A stretch of DNA of 64,000 bases from an uncultured Rivularia sp. (GCA_963665115.1 OY762007.1:3552001-3616000); one strand, 5' to 3'. Shown: positions 21,005-31,617, numbered from the stretch's first letter. Numbers and translations: made by a program. Notes: generated by a model not told the origin, from the letters alone.

Positions 21005-21418
21005 TTAATGGTCTGGTTTACGAGGCTTCCAACAGTCATTAGTTTCGGAAGTTTCACCACTTTTGTACGAAGTGCGTGCAACGCTACAAGCAATAATTTT
21101 GTTATCCCTCAAATTACGCTGATACCAATAAATACTAAAACTAGTTTTTTGCTTTCGGGTTACAGGTGTAGCTCTGTATTGAAAATCGTTTCCATCAGCC
21201 GTAGTTGGTAACTTAGTGATATATTTGGGAACCAACGAAGATAGTTGTTCGGGATAAGTTTTATAATCAGCGAAATATTGCTCTAAAGGAGCATATAGTT
21301 TTCTTGCAATTGCTTCATTAGAACTACGATTACTAGCTGCTTCAGTTGGATAGTGGGTACAGCCAGCAGTCGTAGTAGCTATTAATAAAATAGCTGCTAG
21401 GTACTGCTTGATTCTCAT
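21005..21418 (-). CDS. Predicted lipoprotein with GspG/pseudopilin-like segment
   Basis: MRIKQ + hydrophobic stretch + TAGC lipobox; LEQYFADYKTYPEQLSSLVPKY...DGNDFQY; ATG 1 nt after the amidase stop. Confidence 0.75.
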   Translation of the reverse strand: MRIKQYLAAILLIATTTAGCTHYPTEAASNRSSNEAIARKLYAPLEQYFADYKTYPEQLSSLVPKYITKLPTTADGNDFQYRATPVTRKQKTSFSIYWYQRNLRDNKIIACSVARTSYKSGETSETNDCWKPRKPDH

Positions 21419-21419
21419 G

Positions 21420-22034
21420 TTACGCAAATTGACCTGATGTTGGGTTCTGTTCCACTATAGCGTTCAGTTGAGGGATAAAAGGTTCTAGTAGAGAACCGGG
21501 ACATTCTGTATCAGTAACAACATCGTTATGTCCTTTGACTGCTTCAATACCGTAATTGATATCTAATGTTTCTACCAATATTTCTACTGCATCAATTTGA
21601 GCCTGAGTTGGGGGATTATCATCACTTGAGTCAACATCAAACCAAGGACCAGGCTCAAAATCTCTTAAGAAAACAATACCAACTTTTCCTGTATTTGCTC
21701 CTTCAACATGTGCCCCACGGGCTCCAAGCCGTCTGCCTTCGTATATGTTGCCATTATTGTCTATGGCGTAGTGGTATGCAATATCAGAATATTTTTTACT
21801 CGCAATTTGCTCGTTTTGAATATCGCCAACACTTGGAAACGGACTTTTATTAACTCTATTTCCAACATGATGTATCGTAATTTCGTCGAGTACAGACGCT
21901 AATGATTCTCCAGGACGAAGTTCAGAGTAAAGTGCATAGCCATTGGGATTGGTTACTGGATCATATCTTCCTTCTTGATTGCTACTGGAGAAATCAGGTG
22001 CTTGAGCTCCCCACTGTGAACGAGTAATAACCAT
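21420..22034 (-). CDS. PGRP/Amidase_2 N-acetylmuramoyl-L-alanine amidase
   Basis: ITRSQWGA, ITIHH, DIAYHYAIDNNGNIYEGR, GAHV, GHND..T.CPG (Zn ligands His/His/Cys present); AGAGGG RBS. Confidence 0.9.
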   Translation of the reverse strand: MVITRSQWGAQAPDFSSSNQEGRYDPVTNPNGYALYSELRPGESLASVLDEITIHHVGNRVNKSPFPSVGDIQNEQIASKKYSDIAYHYAIDNNGNIYEGRRLGARGAHVEGANTGKVGIVFLRDFEPGPWFDVDSSDDNPPTQAQIDAVEILVETLDINYGIEAVKGHNDVVTDTECPGSLLEPFIPQLNAIVEQNPTSGQFA

Positions 22035-22175
22035 ATATTTGACCCTCTTTTTTAAAAGCTGTTGTTGCAGTGTTTAGTATTATGCAACACAGTTTCATGC
22101 TATCAAAAAAGCTCAAGATTGAATTAAGGGGTGATACCCTTACTTACTGTGCGATATTTTTCCCTACTCCTAAAA

Positions 22176-22949
22176 TTACGCTGCTTTAAAAAATCTGATA
22201 ATTTCGCGCACGTGTTCTAGAAATTGCCCGTCGGTGGAAAGTTGAGCGATCGCCTGTTTCGATTCTTGCGATAAACGTTCGTGTTCAATTTTGTTTGTTG
22301 CTCGTAATTCTTCTATAGTTGCTTTGATAGTTGCCAAATCCTTGCGAGTTTCATTTGTATTCACTTGTTGCTTTGCTGCTAAAGAATCGGGATTTTCTGG
22401 GTTAAGCTGTTCTTCCATGCGTCTAACTGTTTCTTCAACACTGGTAAAGCGATGGCGTAATTCTACAATGTCTTCGCGAGGATATTTTAATTCTCTGCCA
22501 ATGGTTGTCAATCGTTTGTACAAATATTCGTAAGCGCTAATAGCTGGACGCAAACCTGTTAATAATAATGCTGCACCAGAACTAATATAACCAACAGCAC
22601 TGATACCAGTCGCAGCTAATGAGTAAAGACCGATTGTAGATAATATGTGTAAAAAAATCGCAATTATTAAGGAACGTCTAACTAATACTTTGACGTATTT
22701 TAATTGTTTTTCATCTACCGGAATTTCTTTTTCAATAGATTGTTCTGCATCGTATAGGGTTTCTTTAGCTTTGAAATGAACGTTCCAAGGTACGGTAACA
22801 ATTACCAAAAGCCACCAAAAACTTGCACCACCAATTACCCAATCAAGAAAGTTACCAGCAGGAACATGAAACCATTGCAGTACGCCAAATGCTAAAAGTG
22901 TCACAGTCACTATACCGATAGTGCTACTAAGAAATAAATTAAAATACAT
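22176..22949 (-). CDS. Hypothetical membrane protein with C-terminal coiled coil
   Basis: Several TM segments followed by heptad-rich tail. Confidence 0.8.
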   Translation of the reverse strand: MYFNLFLSSTIGIVTVTLLAFGVLQWFHVPAGNFLDWVIGGASFWWLLVIVTVPWNVHFKAKETLYDAEQSIEKEIPVDEKQLKYVKVLVRRSLIIAIFLHILSTIGLYSLAATGISAVGYISSGAALLLTGLRPAISAYEYLYKRLTTIGRELKYPREDIVELRHRFTSVEETVRRMEEQLNPENPDSLAAKQQVNTNETRKDLATIKATIEELRATNKIEHERLSQESKQAIAQLSTDGQFLEHVREIIRFFKAA

Positions 22950-23378
22950 TTAAATACCAACTATTAAGCGTAAAAGTTATTATTTAGATAGTGATTGAGT
23001 ATTAAAAAATAAGCTTAAATGCTTGTGATAGTTTGTAGATTTACACAAGAATATTTGTATAATTTATTATCAAAATAGTAGTTTGAGAAAGTTTACTTCC
23101 GATCGTCGTGTGATAGTTTTCTAACTTGCACGTGAATTTGGGAAAATTGCAAAATACTTATTAAAAATCTGAGCTTCATACTTTATTTAAACTATTGCAA
23201 AGTATTGATAAAGGTAAATGTAATAACATCTGAACATTAGACAATTTGGTATGACTAAATAATTGCTTAGGATATATAATGACCGTCTACCGACTTCTAC
23301 GTTTATGTTTCATTAATTATAAAAACAGGGAAAATCCCAATTTTGGTAAAGCGAATTATTTAAGTATAAAAAATTAGC

Positions 23379-23672
23379 ATGGAAAAACAGTTCGAGCGAT
23401 TAGAACGTAACGAAGTTATATCTGTTAGCGCAGAAAATTCCGGAAATCTGGAAATTTCTTCCACTTTTAAAGTTTTAGAATTGCTAGAAGTTATACAGAA
23501 ATATATTAGTTTTCAGATGCCAGAAGCATCTTTATTTGATGAAGGTATTGATTGTGAAATTTTAAAATTAGGTGCCAGAGGTTGGAAAAAGGGAAAGGTG
23601 AGAATCTGTGTTGAATTCTCTCCCGAAGAACCCGAATATCCGTTGGAAGACCTTGCTGAATTATTGGAATGA
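23379..23672 (+). CDS. KGK domain protein
   Basis: EGIDCEILKLGARGWKKGKVRICVEF.PEEPE.PLED signature. Confidence 0.88.
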   Translation: MEKQFERLERNEVISVSAENSGNLEISSTFKVLELLEVIQKYISFQMPEASLFDEGIDCEILKLGARGWKKGKVRICVEFSPEEPEYPLEDLAELLE

Positions 23673-23676
23673 ATTT

Positions 23677-23722
23677 GAGGTCAAAGGTTAAAGGTTAAAG
23701 GTTAAAGGTTAAAGGTTAAAGG
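23677..23722. repeat. STRR heptamer tandem repeat (AAAGGTT)n
   Basis: Seen directly. Confidence 0.85.
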
Positions 23723-23767
23723 CTTATTTTAAATTAATAACTCTTAACTCCTAACTCTTAACTCGTT

Positions 23768-24632
23768 CTACCATTCGTCTTCTTCATCGTAAATAGGTCT
23801 TCTTTCTATTTCCCTGCCTCTTTGTCTGGGTGAACGTTCCCGCTCGTCATCATCGTAATATCTTTCAATTTCCCTGCTTCTTTCTCTGGGGGAGGGTTCC
23901 GGTTCGTCGTAATCATCGTAGTATCTATCAATTTCTCTACTTCTTTCTCTGGGTGGACGACGGCGACGGTTACGGGGTCTTTCTTCTCTATCATCGTAAA
24001 TGCGGCGACTTACTTCTTTGAAATTATCTTGCCGTAAAAAAGGATAATCGCTAACCCATAAGTTGCGATTGGGAATATATATTTCAGTTATTTCTTCAAT
24101 TCGACTCAAATCGGGAGTGCTGGACATTACCAACATTTCTGCTACCTGACCCCCGATTTATTATCTTGTGAGAAACCTGTAATGGTGCTTTGAGTAAAGC
24201 GGTAAATCCAGTTTCGTCTCCTACTTCCAAGTTAATCCGTTTTTCTCGGTTTTCTACAATTACTAAATCGCCTTTATTATTTACTGTTTCTTGTGTACCG
24301 ATTAATTCTTCTGTAATCCACCAGTCCAAGACTCGGCCGCGAAAAAAACCTGCGTATTTGTAACGACGGAATTTAGCATTTCGCAAACTGGCCCACAATA
24401 CTGGTCCCCATAACCAGTAAAGCGCCCCTACAAGTCCAAAGCAAAATATAACTGGGCCTAAAGGAAGCCGTAAGATTACTTCTATAAGTAAAATTACAGT
24501 AGCAATAATTACAGATATTAATAAACGCTGTAAAAAATCAGAAAATTTCCCCCAATAGTGTTTGTACTGCGAACCAGTCGCAATTAGGGGAATCAATTGT
24601 TCAAGCTTCTCGCGTGTCAATGGGACAAGCAT
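23768..24632 (-). pseudogene. Conserved cyanobacterial membrane protein, split by a +1 frameshift in the C5 run at 24150-24154 (probably a sequencing error)
   Basis: MLVPLTREKLEQLIP..ATG.QY start; removing one base gives INRGQVAEMLVMSSTPDLSRI, in frame with ORF 23768-24136. Confidence 0.8.
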
Positions 24633-24738
24633 TATGGATTTTAGATTTTCGCTAACAGGATTTTGGATTTTGAATTATCGAGGCACTGCTTAACAACAGT
24701 TTCTTGTGTCGCAAGTGTCAGATATTATGGATTACAGA

Positions 24739-25569
24739 TTAAAGAATCTTTTCTAATCCATATACTAACGACTTTAGCTGAAGAACTTTGCGAATTGCTA
24801 ATAATACTCCCGGCATATAGCAAGTTCTGTCGCTGGTATCGTGTCGTAAAGTATAAATTTGACCGGATGCGCCAAAAATCACTTCTTGATGGGCAATCAA
24901 TCCCGGTAAGCGAACGCTATGAATTCTGATTCCTTCATCGGCTTGACTTCCCCGCGCCCCTGCTATATGTTCGGTTTCATTTACTATAGCTTGGTTATAA
25001 GTTTTACCCAATTCTCCCAACATTTGAGCGGTTTTAATGGCGGTACCGCTTGGTGCATCTGCTTTTTGATTGTGATGCAGTTCAATAATTTCCACATGAT
25101 CGAAATATTGTGATGCTGTGACTGCTGCTTGTTGAAGCAATACCATGCCGATAGAGAAATTAGGAATAATTAGGCATCCAGTAGAAGCTTTATCAGCAAA
25201 ATTCGCCAAATCTTTCAGCTTTTCCGGACTTAAGCCAGTAGTTCCAACAACAGGACGTACCCCATAGGCGATCGCACTGCGGATGTTATCGTATACGCAA
25301 TCTGGATGAGTAAAATCAACCACAACACCGGGCTGTTTCCCTTGTGAAGCAAACGCCAGCATCCCTTCCATTTGATCGGTAATAGGAACTTCCAGAGGTT
25401 CGCTCAAACCAGCCAACTCTCCCGCATCCTTGTCCTGATGTTCGGGGCTTGTATCAATCGCACCCACCAAATCCATATCCGGTGCTTCCGACACAGCCTT
25501 TATCACCTCCCTGCCCATCTTTCCCGCAGCACCATTAACAACAACTGGTATAAGTCCTTGATTAGTCAT
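24739..25569 (-). CDS. dapB: 4-hydroxy-tetrahydrodipicolinate reductase
   Basis: [45 protein letters not shown]; start at MTNQGLIP. Confidence 0.96.
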   Translation of the reverse strand: MTNQGLIPVVVNGAAGKMGREVIKAVSEAPDMDLVGAIDTSPEHQDKDAGELAGLSEPLEVPITDQMEGMLAFASQGKQPGVVVDFTHPDCVYDNIRSAIAYGVRPVVGTTGLSPEKLKDLANFADKASTGCLIIPNFSIGMVLLQQAAVTASQYFDHVEIIELHHNQKADAPSGTAIKTAQMLGELGKTYNQAIVNETEHIAGARGSQADEGIRIHSVRLPGLIAHQEVIFGASGQIYTLRHDTSDRTCYMPGVLLAIRKVLQLKSLVYGLEKIL

Positions 25570-26127
25570 ATTTCTACTTTTAAATCCACAAGGGAATTGT
25601 AGACCCTGTAGGCTTTTTGGGGAAGATGGGGAGAGTGGGAGATGGGGAAGATGGGGAGACAAGGGGACATGGGGAATAATAACTCAGGAGTCAGTAGCAG
25701 GGGAGTTATAAATACTGATAATGGATAATTGATAATTGATAACTGTTCACTGTTCACTGATAGGGAACTTGGTCAATATGAAGGCAGTCAATGCTCTAAA
25801 CTTGCGATAAAATTAATTTTCGTCTTGATTGGTTGTGCGATGTGTCGTTAAACTGTTTCCACTTCCAACTTTAATTCTGACGAGTACAAAAAATCTTTGG
25901 GGTGGAGCATTTATAAAGGTTGAAGGTGATGACGTATTTTTAATTTGTCTTCCTTCTCTACCTTACCTAACTTAACTTTCGTTATCCAAAAACGGCTATT
26001 TTCCGTCATCTGGTAGATACGGTCGATATTGTATAAAATTTACTGAGCAACTACCAGTTAACGTGAAAAAATAAGAACCGTAAAGGTTCGCTAGTTATAA
26101 CGCTTCTTAGATTAATTTAGATTAATA

Positions 26128-26490
26128 ATGAACAAAAAATTCTTTCTCACATTACTTTCCAGCCCTGTATTGTTTTCGTCTATGGTGTCAATGGCGGTTT
26201 TTACTCAACCAGCCAGTGCTAACGAAACAGCTAGGCCTACTCCCAGCCAATTTTCTTGCGGACGAAAAGCTACTGTAGCTGTCGCGACTCCTAGTGTGGG
26301 TTGTACTCGTCTACGTGGAAACTCTGCTGTGCCAAGTATAAATAGAGAAAAAGGTTTACGTCCTGACGAATTACCTGAATTACAATTCACCGATGAAGAA
26401 AGTGACGCTTCTGTTACTTTGTTCGGTTGCGATTGTCCCGCTTGCTTAAATGCTTTGCGTCAAATTCGCGGTTTGCCTCCAATGACTTAA
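26128..26490 (+). CDS. Small exported hypothetical protein with C-terminal GCDCPAC motif
   Basis: Signal-like N-terminus ending PASA; DEESDASVTLFGCDCPACLN; followed by a terminator-like hairpin. Confidence 0.75.
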   Translation: MNKKFFLTLLSSPVLFSSMVSMAVFTQPASANETARPTPSQFSCGRKATVAVATPSVGCTRLRGNSAVPSINREKGLRPDELPELQFTDEESDASVTLFGCDCPACLNALRQIRGLPPMT

Positions 26491-26522
26491 TTAGTCGTTT
26501 TAGGTAATCAAATAAAATTTCA

Positions 26523-26558
26523 GGCAGAAGTTATCTCATCGGTTGCTTCTGCTTTTTT
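26523..26558 (+). terminator. Putative intrinsic terminator
   Basis: GGCAGAAG...CTTCTGCT stem followed by a T-tract. Confidence 0.55.
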
Positions 26559-26583
26559 GTTTGGGAGTTGGAAGTTTATAGTA

Positions 26584-26871
26584 CTGATATCTTGCACCAT
26601 TTTCAATAATCGCCTTGGAATAAATTCCCAGGCTGATATACCAAGTCTGAGAAATCTTACATCTTGCACCTTTCTCAGTTAGCTTTCATAATCGCCTTGG
26701 AATAAATTCCCAGGCTGATATACCAAGTCTTCTAAAGAAGACTGAGCAAGGGTTATAGTACGTTAAAACGTACTTTGTATATGCAGCCCTGAAATTGTTT
26801 TCTCTGCGAGAAAGCCTCCGGCTTACAAGGTGGTTGTGAAGGAAAAACGGAAGAATGGTGCAACATATAAG
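26584..26871. mobile_element. MITE family B (CTGATATCTTGCACC termini): a partial copy followed by a full copy
   Basis: Left termini at 26584 and 26656, right terminus GGTGCAACATATAAG ending 26871; duplicated ATAATCGCCTTGGAATAAATTCCCAGGCTGATATACCAAGTCT; reverse-complement homologue at 63349-63764. Confidence 0.78.
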
Positions 26872-27039
26872 ATTTATAGAAAGATAAGTTGAAAAATGTA
26901 GCGGGAGCGTCTCGCTCCCTTTAAGAAAAAAGACGCTCTCACTCTGCCGACTCCACACTTTCTCAAATCGGTAATTGATAATTGCCCTAATTGCTTCGAG
27001 ATATTCTAAACTCAAGTTAATAGGCTTTTATAATTCTCT

Positions 27040-27471
27040 ATGAACGATTCTTTACCACCGGCTCTCGCGAAAATTGTCAAACGCTTTCAACGTGCTTCTG
27101 AACCTAAGCGTCGCTACGAACAGCTAATTTGGTACGCACAAAAGCTTCCTGAATTTCCAGAATCTGATAAAACACCTGAAAATAAGGTTCCCGGTTGCGT
27201 TTCTCAAGTTTTCGTTACTGCTTCTTTAGATGAAGAGAAAGTGAGTTATCAAGGTGATTCGGATTCACAATTAACTAAAGGCTTATTAGCGCTTTTAATT
27301 GAAGGCTTGAATGGATCGACACCTGCCGAGATTGTTCAACTCACCCCAGATTTTATCCAAGAAACTGGTTTGAATGTCAGCTTAACTCCTTCTCGTGCTA
27401 ATGGTTTTTATAATATTTTTAAAACTATGCAAAAAAAGGCTCTTGAATCCCAAAAATCTGTGTCAAATTAA
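27040..27471 (+). CDS. sufE: SufE cysteine desulfuration protein
   Basis: KVPGCVSQV, GDSDSQLTKGL, LTPSRANGF. Confidence 0.93.
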   Translation: MNDSLPPALAKIVKRFQRASEPKRRYEQLIWYAQKLPEFPESDKTPENKVPGCVSQVFVTASLDEEKVSYQGDSDSQLTKGLLALLIEGLNGSTPAEIVQLTPDFIQETGLNVSLTPSRANGFYNIFKTMQKKALESQKSVSN

Positions 27472-27572
27472 ACATGACCGCATATTTAGAAAAAATGATA
27501 CATTAAGGCTGAAGATTACAGCATGAAAACTTTAACCTTTGACCTTTAAATTCATCAGGGAATAATCGCAGA

Positions 27573-28492
27573 ATGACGACAGTCTCATCTACTTCTACTT
27601 CTGCTCGGATTGGCGGAGTGGTAGAACAATTTGTATGGCATAGGGAAGACCAAGATTTTCGCATAGTTTATGAATCTTTAGGTCAAGGTTCCCCGGTATT
27701 ACTTTTTCCTGCATTTAGTACTGTTTCTATGCGTTCGGAAATGAGCGGAATTGCGAAGCGGCTCTCTTCTGAATATAAAGCAGTCGCGGTTGATTTTCCG
27801 GGTTTTGGAGATTCTGGTCGTCCTAAAGCCGATTATGGTCCCGCTTTATACAGAGATTTTATAGAAGATTTTGTATTAACTACTTTTGAAAAAAAGCCGA
27901 TTTCTGTAATAGCCGCAGGTCATAGTGCGCCTTATGTTTTGTGGTTGGCTAGCAAATACCCTAACGTATTTTCTCGGATTGTTTTGGTAGCACCAACTTG
28001 GCGCGGGCCCCCTTCGCTGTGATGGGGGTTAATGGAATATTAAGAAATTTGATTAAGCAGCTAGTAAGATTACCAATTATCGGTCAAATCCTTTATAAGC
28101 TGAATACTTTACCATCGTTTTTAAAGTTCATGTATCGTCGTCACGTTTACGTTGATGCTGAAAAATTAACTCCTGACTTTATTCAGGATAAATGGGAAAG
28201 TACGCAGCAATCTGGAGGAAGATTTGCTCCCGCAGCGTTTGTAACTGGCTGTCTCGATCTTGTAAAAAGAAGAAGCGATTTATTAGGATTGGTGAGGAAT
28301 GTATCGGTACCAATTATGGTAGCGATTAGCAAATCTTGCCCTAGATCGTCGCGGCAAGAAATGGAGGCGATCGCCAATTTGCCAAGAGTTGAAAGCGTGT
28401 TACTTGAAGGTTCCTTGGGAATGCATGAGGAATATCCAGACAGAATAGTGGAAGCAATATTGCCTTTTTTGGAAGCTACCGTGACTTCTTAA
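27573..28492 (+). pseudogene. Alpha/beta hydrolase, frameshifted in GGGCCCCC at ~28005-28012 (probably a sequencing error)
   Basis: PAFSTVSMRSEM, DFPGFGDS, AAGH, APTWRGP continuing as PFAVMG...GRFAPAAFVTG...GSLGMHEE in the overlapping ORF. Confidence 0.82.
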
Positions 28493-28611
28493 GGTTCGTG
28501 GTAAGCGATTTATCGCTCATGTAAGAGAAGGCAGCATTTACTACGAACTTTATATTTTTTTATTTTTGTACTGATTTAATTCTTTGATAAATGACTATTT
28601 ATTAAAGCAAT

Positions 28612-28638
28612 GGAGACGTAGCACTGCTACGTCTCTAC
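28612..28638. repeat. REP-like palindrome GTAGAGACGTAGCA-N-TGCTACGTCTCTAC family
   Basis: Copies at 28612-28638, 36409-36434, 36546-36570, 53758-53783 and a variant at 57546-57572. Confidence 0.85.
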
Positions 28639-28752
28639 AGCATTTTGGTTATGTAGCTAGCAAATTTTATACATTGGTTAAAGTAGCATCGATTTTTTTT
28701 GTATATTATTTGTGTCTGTAAAACATTTATTCAATAAGCATCTGAGATATAT

Positions 28753-29721
28753 ATGGTTAGTACAGCAACAAGCGTAATTCCTGTAACAGTTTTGACTGGA
28801 TACTTAGGAGCAGGTAAGACAACTTTGTTAAATCGCATTCTTACTTACGAGCATGGTAAGAAGGTGGCGGTGATAGTTAATGAGTTTGGGGAAGTAGGTA
28901 TTGATAATCAGTTGGTTATCGATACTGATGAAGAAATTTTTGAGATGAATAACGGCTGCATTTGCTGCACCGTGCGTGGAGACTTGATGCGGATTATCGG
29001 TAATTTGATGAAGCGCCGCGACAAATTTGACCATTTAGTTATTGAAACTACTGGTTTAGCCGATCCAGCGCCAGTGATTCAAACGTTCTTCGTCGATGAA
29101 GATATGCGCGAACAATTGCTACTTGATGCTGTTGTTACCGTCGTTGATGCCAAGCATATTTGGCAACATTGGGATGCAGAAGAAGCCCAAGAACAAATTG
29201 CATTCGCTGACGTAATTTTGATTAATAAAACAGATTTGGTTACGAAAGAGCAGTTGGAAGAATTAGAAAATCGGATTCGGGGAATGAACGCGATCGCAAA
29301 AATTCATCATACCCAAGATGCGAAGTTGGAAATGGATGCTTTGCTTGGCGTAAAAGCGTTTGACTTAAATCGTGCGTTGGAAATCGATCCAGAATTTTTG
29401 GGTGAAGACGCTCACGAACATGATGAAAGCGTTTATTCGGTTGCCTTGGTAGAAGAAAATGCCCTTGATGGTGATAAGTTGGACAAATGGTTAGGCAATT
29501 TATTGCAAACTCAAGGCCCCGATATTTTCCGCACCAAAGGAATTTTAAACATCGCAGGTGATGAAAACCGCTTTGTTTTTCAAGGCGTGCATATGTTATT
29601 AGATGGTAGAGCAGATCGACCTTGGAAGGAAAACGAAACCCGTAAAAATGAACTTGTGTTTATTGGGCGTAATCTTGATGAAGTGAAGTTGAGAGAAGAG
29701 TTTAAGGCTTGTGTAGCTTAG
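28753..29721 (+). CDS. COG0523/CobW family G3E GTPase (metallochaperone)
   Basis: GYLGAGKTT, NEFGEVGID, GCICC, ETTGLADP, NKTD, CobW_C domain. Confidence 0.95.
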   Translation: MVSTATSVIPVTVLTGYLGAGKTTLLNRILTYEHGKKVAVIVNEFGEVGIDNQLVIDTDEEIFEMNNGCICCTVRGDLMRIIGNLMKRRDKFDHLVIETTGLADPAPVIQTFFVDEDMREQLLLDAVVTVVDAKHIWQHWDAEEAQEQIAFADVILINKTDLVTKEQLEELENRIRGMNAIAKIHHTQDAKLEMDALLGVKAFDLNRALEIDPEFLGEDAHEHDESVYSVALVEENALDGDKLDKWLGNLLQTQGPDIFRTKGILNIAGDENRFVFQGVHMLLDGRADRPWKENETRKNELVFIGRNLDEVKLREEFKACVA

Positions 29722-29733
29722 AGGGGGAAGAGT

Positions 29734-29857
29734 GGGAAGAGGAGCCAGTGCGTTGCGGGGGTTCCCCCCGTTGTAGCAACTGGCGTGGGGTAGAGGGGGA
29801 AGAGGAGCCAGTGCGTTGCGGGGGTTCCCCCCGTTGTAGCAACTGGCGTGGGGTAGA
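29734..29857. repeat. Tandem duplication (63-bp period) of an SDR-like palindromic element
   Basis: GAGCCAGTGCGTTGCGGGGGTTCCCCCCGTTGTAGCAACTGGCGTGGGGTAGA starts at 29742 and again at 29805. Confidence 0.9.
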
Positions 29858-29970
29858 TGGGGTAGATAATTATTAACTCTTAACTCTTCACTCCTAACTC
29901 TTAACTCCTAACTCCTAACTACCAACTTTTAACCTTTAACCTTTGACCTTTAACCTTTAACCTGTTTCCC

Positions 29971-31048
29971 ATGAGCCAATCTACCGTCAACTCACAAGAA
30001 TTTTCACTGTTATCATCGCAAACTCTTTCAGATTACGTTACCGCTGTTGCTTTCTCGCCTGAAGGGGATATTTTAGCTGCGTCTTCTGCTGCTGGAGAAG
30101 TTGTATTTCTGCAAAATGACGAAGAATTAAAAATTTTGCAATCTGGCAATGGTGAGTCTGTAGATTGCGTTACTTTTTCCTCTGATGGTCAATTTTTAGC
30201 TGCTGCCGGACAAAATGGACAAGTTAAAATCTGGCAGGGAAAAGAGTTAATTGCAACTTTGGAAAATTCTGCTTGGGTTGATAAATTGGCTTGGAGTCCC
30301 TAAATGCAATCATTTGGCTTTTAGTTTAGGGCGTAAGGTACAAGTTTGGGATGCTGATTCTCGTAATTTCATTGTTAGTTTAGATTTTGATAATTCTTCC
30401 GCTTTGGGTATCGATTGGCGAAACGATGGCAATTATCTTGCTGTAGGGGGACATCGTGGAGTTAAAGTTTGGCATACTCAAAATTGGAATGACGAACCAT
30501 ATATTTTAGATATTCCTTCCACAAGTTTAGCAATGGCTTGGTCTGCTGATGGAAGATATCTTGCTTCCGGTAACATGGACAAAACTATTGCGGTTGTAGA
30601 AAGTGAATTATTACTTTCGGGAGATGATCCGCAACCGTGGATTATGCATGGTTTTCCTGGTAAAATTCGTCAAGTTGCATGGTCAGAAATAAATTCCGAT
30701 ACAGGTGCGCCTTTGCTTGCTTGTTCTAGCATTGACGGTATTGTGCTATGGGAAAAGCAAGCTGGTGAAGATTCCGATTGGGAAGGGGCTGTTTTAACAA
30801 ATCACGCAGGTATTATTCAAGCGATCGGTTTTGCACCTAATAGTTTTTTACTCGCTTCTGCTGCTAGCGACGGTTGGTTATGTTTGTGGCAAGATGCTCA
30901 AGAAGTCTCGCAAATTATTACAGGTGTTTCCGATGGTTTTACCTGCATGAATTGGCATCCTCAAGCTAATAAAATTGCTGCTGGTGGGGAGAATGGTGAA
31001 TTGTTGATTTGGGGAAAGGTTTTACAAAAGAGGGAACAAAATCATTAA
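29971..31048 (+). pseudogene. WD40 repeat protein, split by a +1 frameshift at 30298-30300 (probably a sequencing error)
   Basis: Repeated V..VAFSP.G..LA...G.VKIW units; removing one C gives WSPKCNHLAFS. Confidence 0.88.
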
Positions 31049-31174
31049 CTTTTAATTCCTCACTTTTAACTGCTTAATCTTTGAATCCAAAATTGCATTA
31101 CCTGCCAAGTCAGCATTTATCAAGATATCATGGGTTTAAGTGACTCAATCTACACCATATAAACTATATAAATT

Positions 31175-31432
31175 ATGATAATCACGAAACTTGCTTTATT
31201 TGCATTACCAGTACTTGTTGCTTCGATGTTGTTTGTAGCAAATCCCGCAGCAGCATTTCCGGTTGATTCTGCATCTACAACACATATCAATTCAACATCG
31301 GTACAAGCAGTTGAAGGGTTGGCAACATTAAATCAGGTGGATAATTCTAATCCTATTATTGACCATCTTGGTTGCAATTGTGCTTATTGTGCTGGGGCTG
31401 AGTCGCCACTACAAGGTAAATTACCATTTTGA
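31175..31432 (+). CDS. Small exported hypothetical protein with C-terminal GCNCAYC motif
   Basis: Signal-like N-terminus ending PAAA; NPIIDHLGCNCAYC; followed by a terminator. Confidence 0.72.
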   Translation: MIITKLALFALPVLVASMLFVANPAAAFPVDSASTTHINSTSVQAVEGLATLNQVDNSNPIIDHLGCNCAYCAGAESPLQGKLPF

Positions 31433-31471
31433 AATATTTTGTAATATAGCATATACATTTTAATACTTTTT

Positions 31472-31498
31472 AAAGCTCGTGCAGACGGGCTTTTTTTT
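31472..31498 (+). terminator. Putative intrinsic terminator
   Basis: AAAGCTCGT-GCAG-ACGGGCTTT hairpin plus T8. Confidence 0.7.
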
Positions 31499-31617
31499 GT
31501 GTTTGTATAATTTTATAATTTGAATTTTAAGCGTAATACTTTTTTATTTTATTCTTACTGCCTTCCCGCTCTATAATTATCTATCTCTCTTTATCTCTTT
31601 CCTCTGCGCTCTCTGCG

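Noticed and set aside
15675..22034. Prophage lysis module (lambda-like lysozyme plus amidase)
   Set aside because: The two genes are separated by housekeeping genes; no holin, structural, terminase or integrase genes; GH104 is common in cyanobacterial chromosomes
25570..25757. N-terminal extension of dapB and a 63-aa ORF
   Set aside because: Translation of STRR and purine repeats; the real start is ATG at 25569
26606..26730. Direct repeat of ~43 bp resembling a mini-CRISPR or att site
   Set aside because: Explained by a partial duplication of the MITE family B left end
26686..27015. 109-aa ORF on the minus strand
   Set aside because: Reads through MITE and REP sequence; no protein features
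29734..29857. Possible CRISPR array
   Set aside because: Only two units, identical throughout with no unique spacers, and no cas genes in the window
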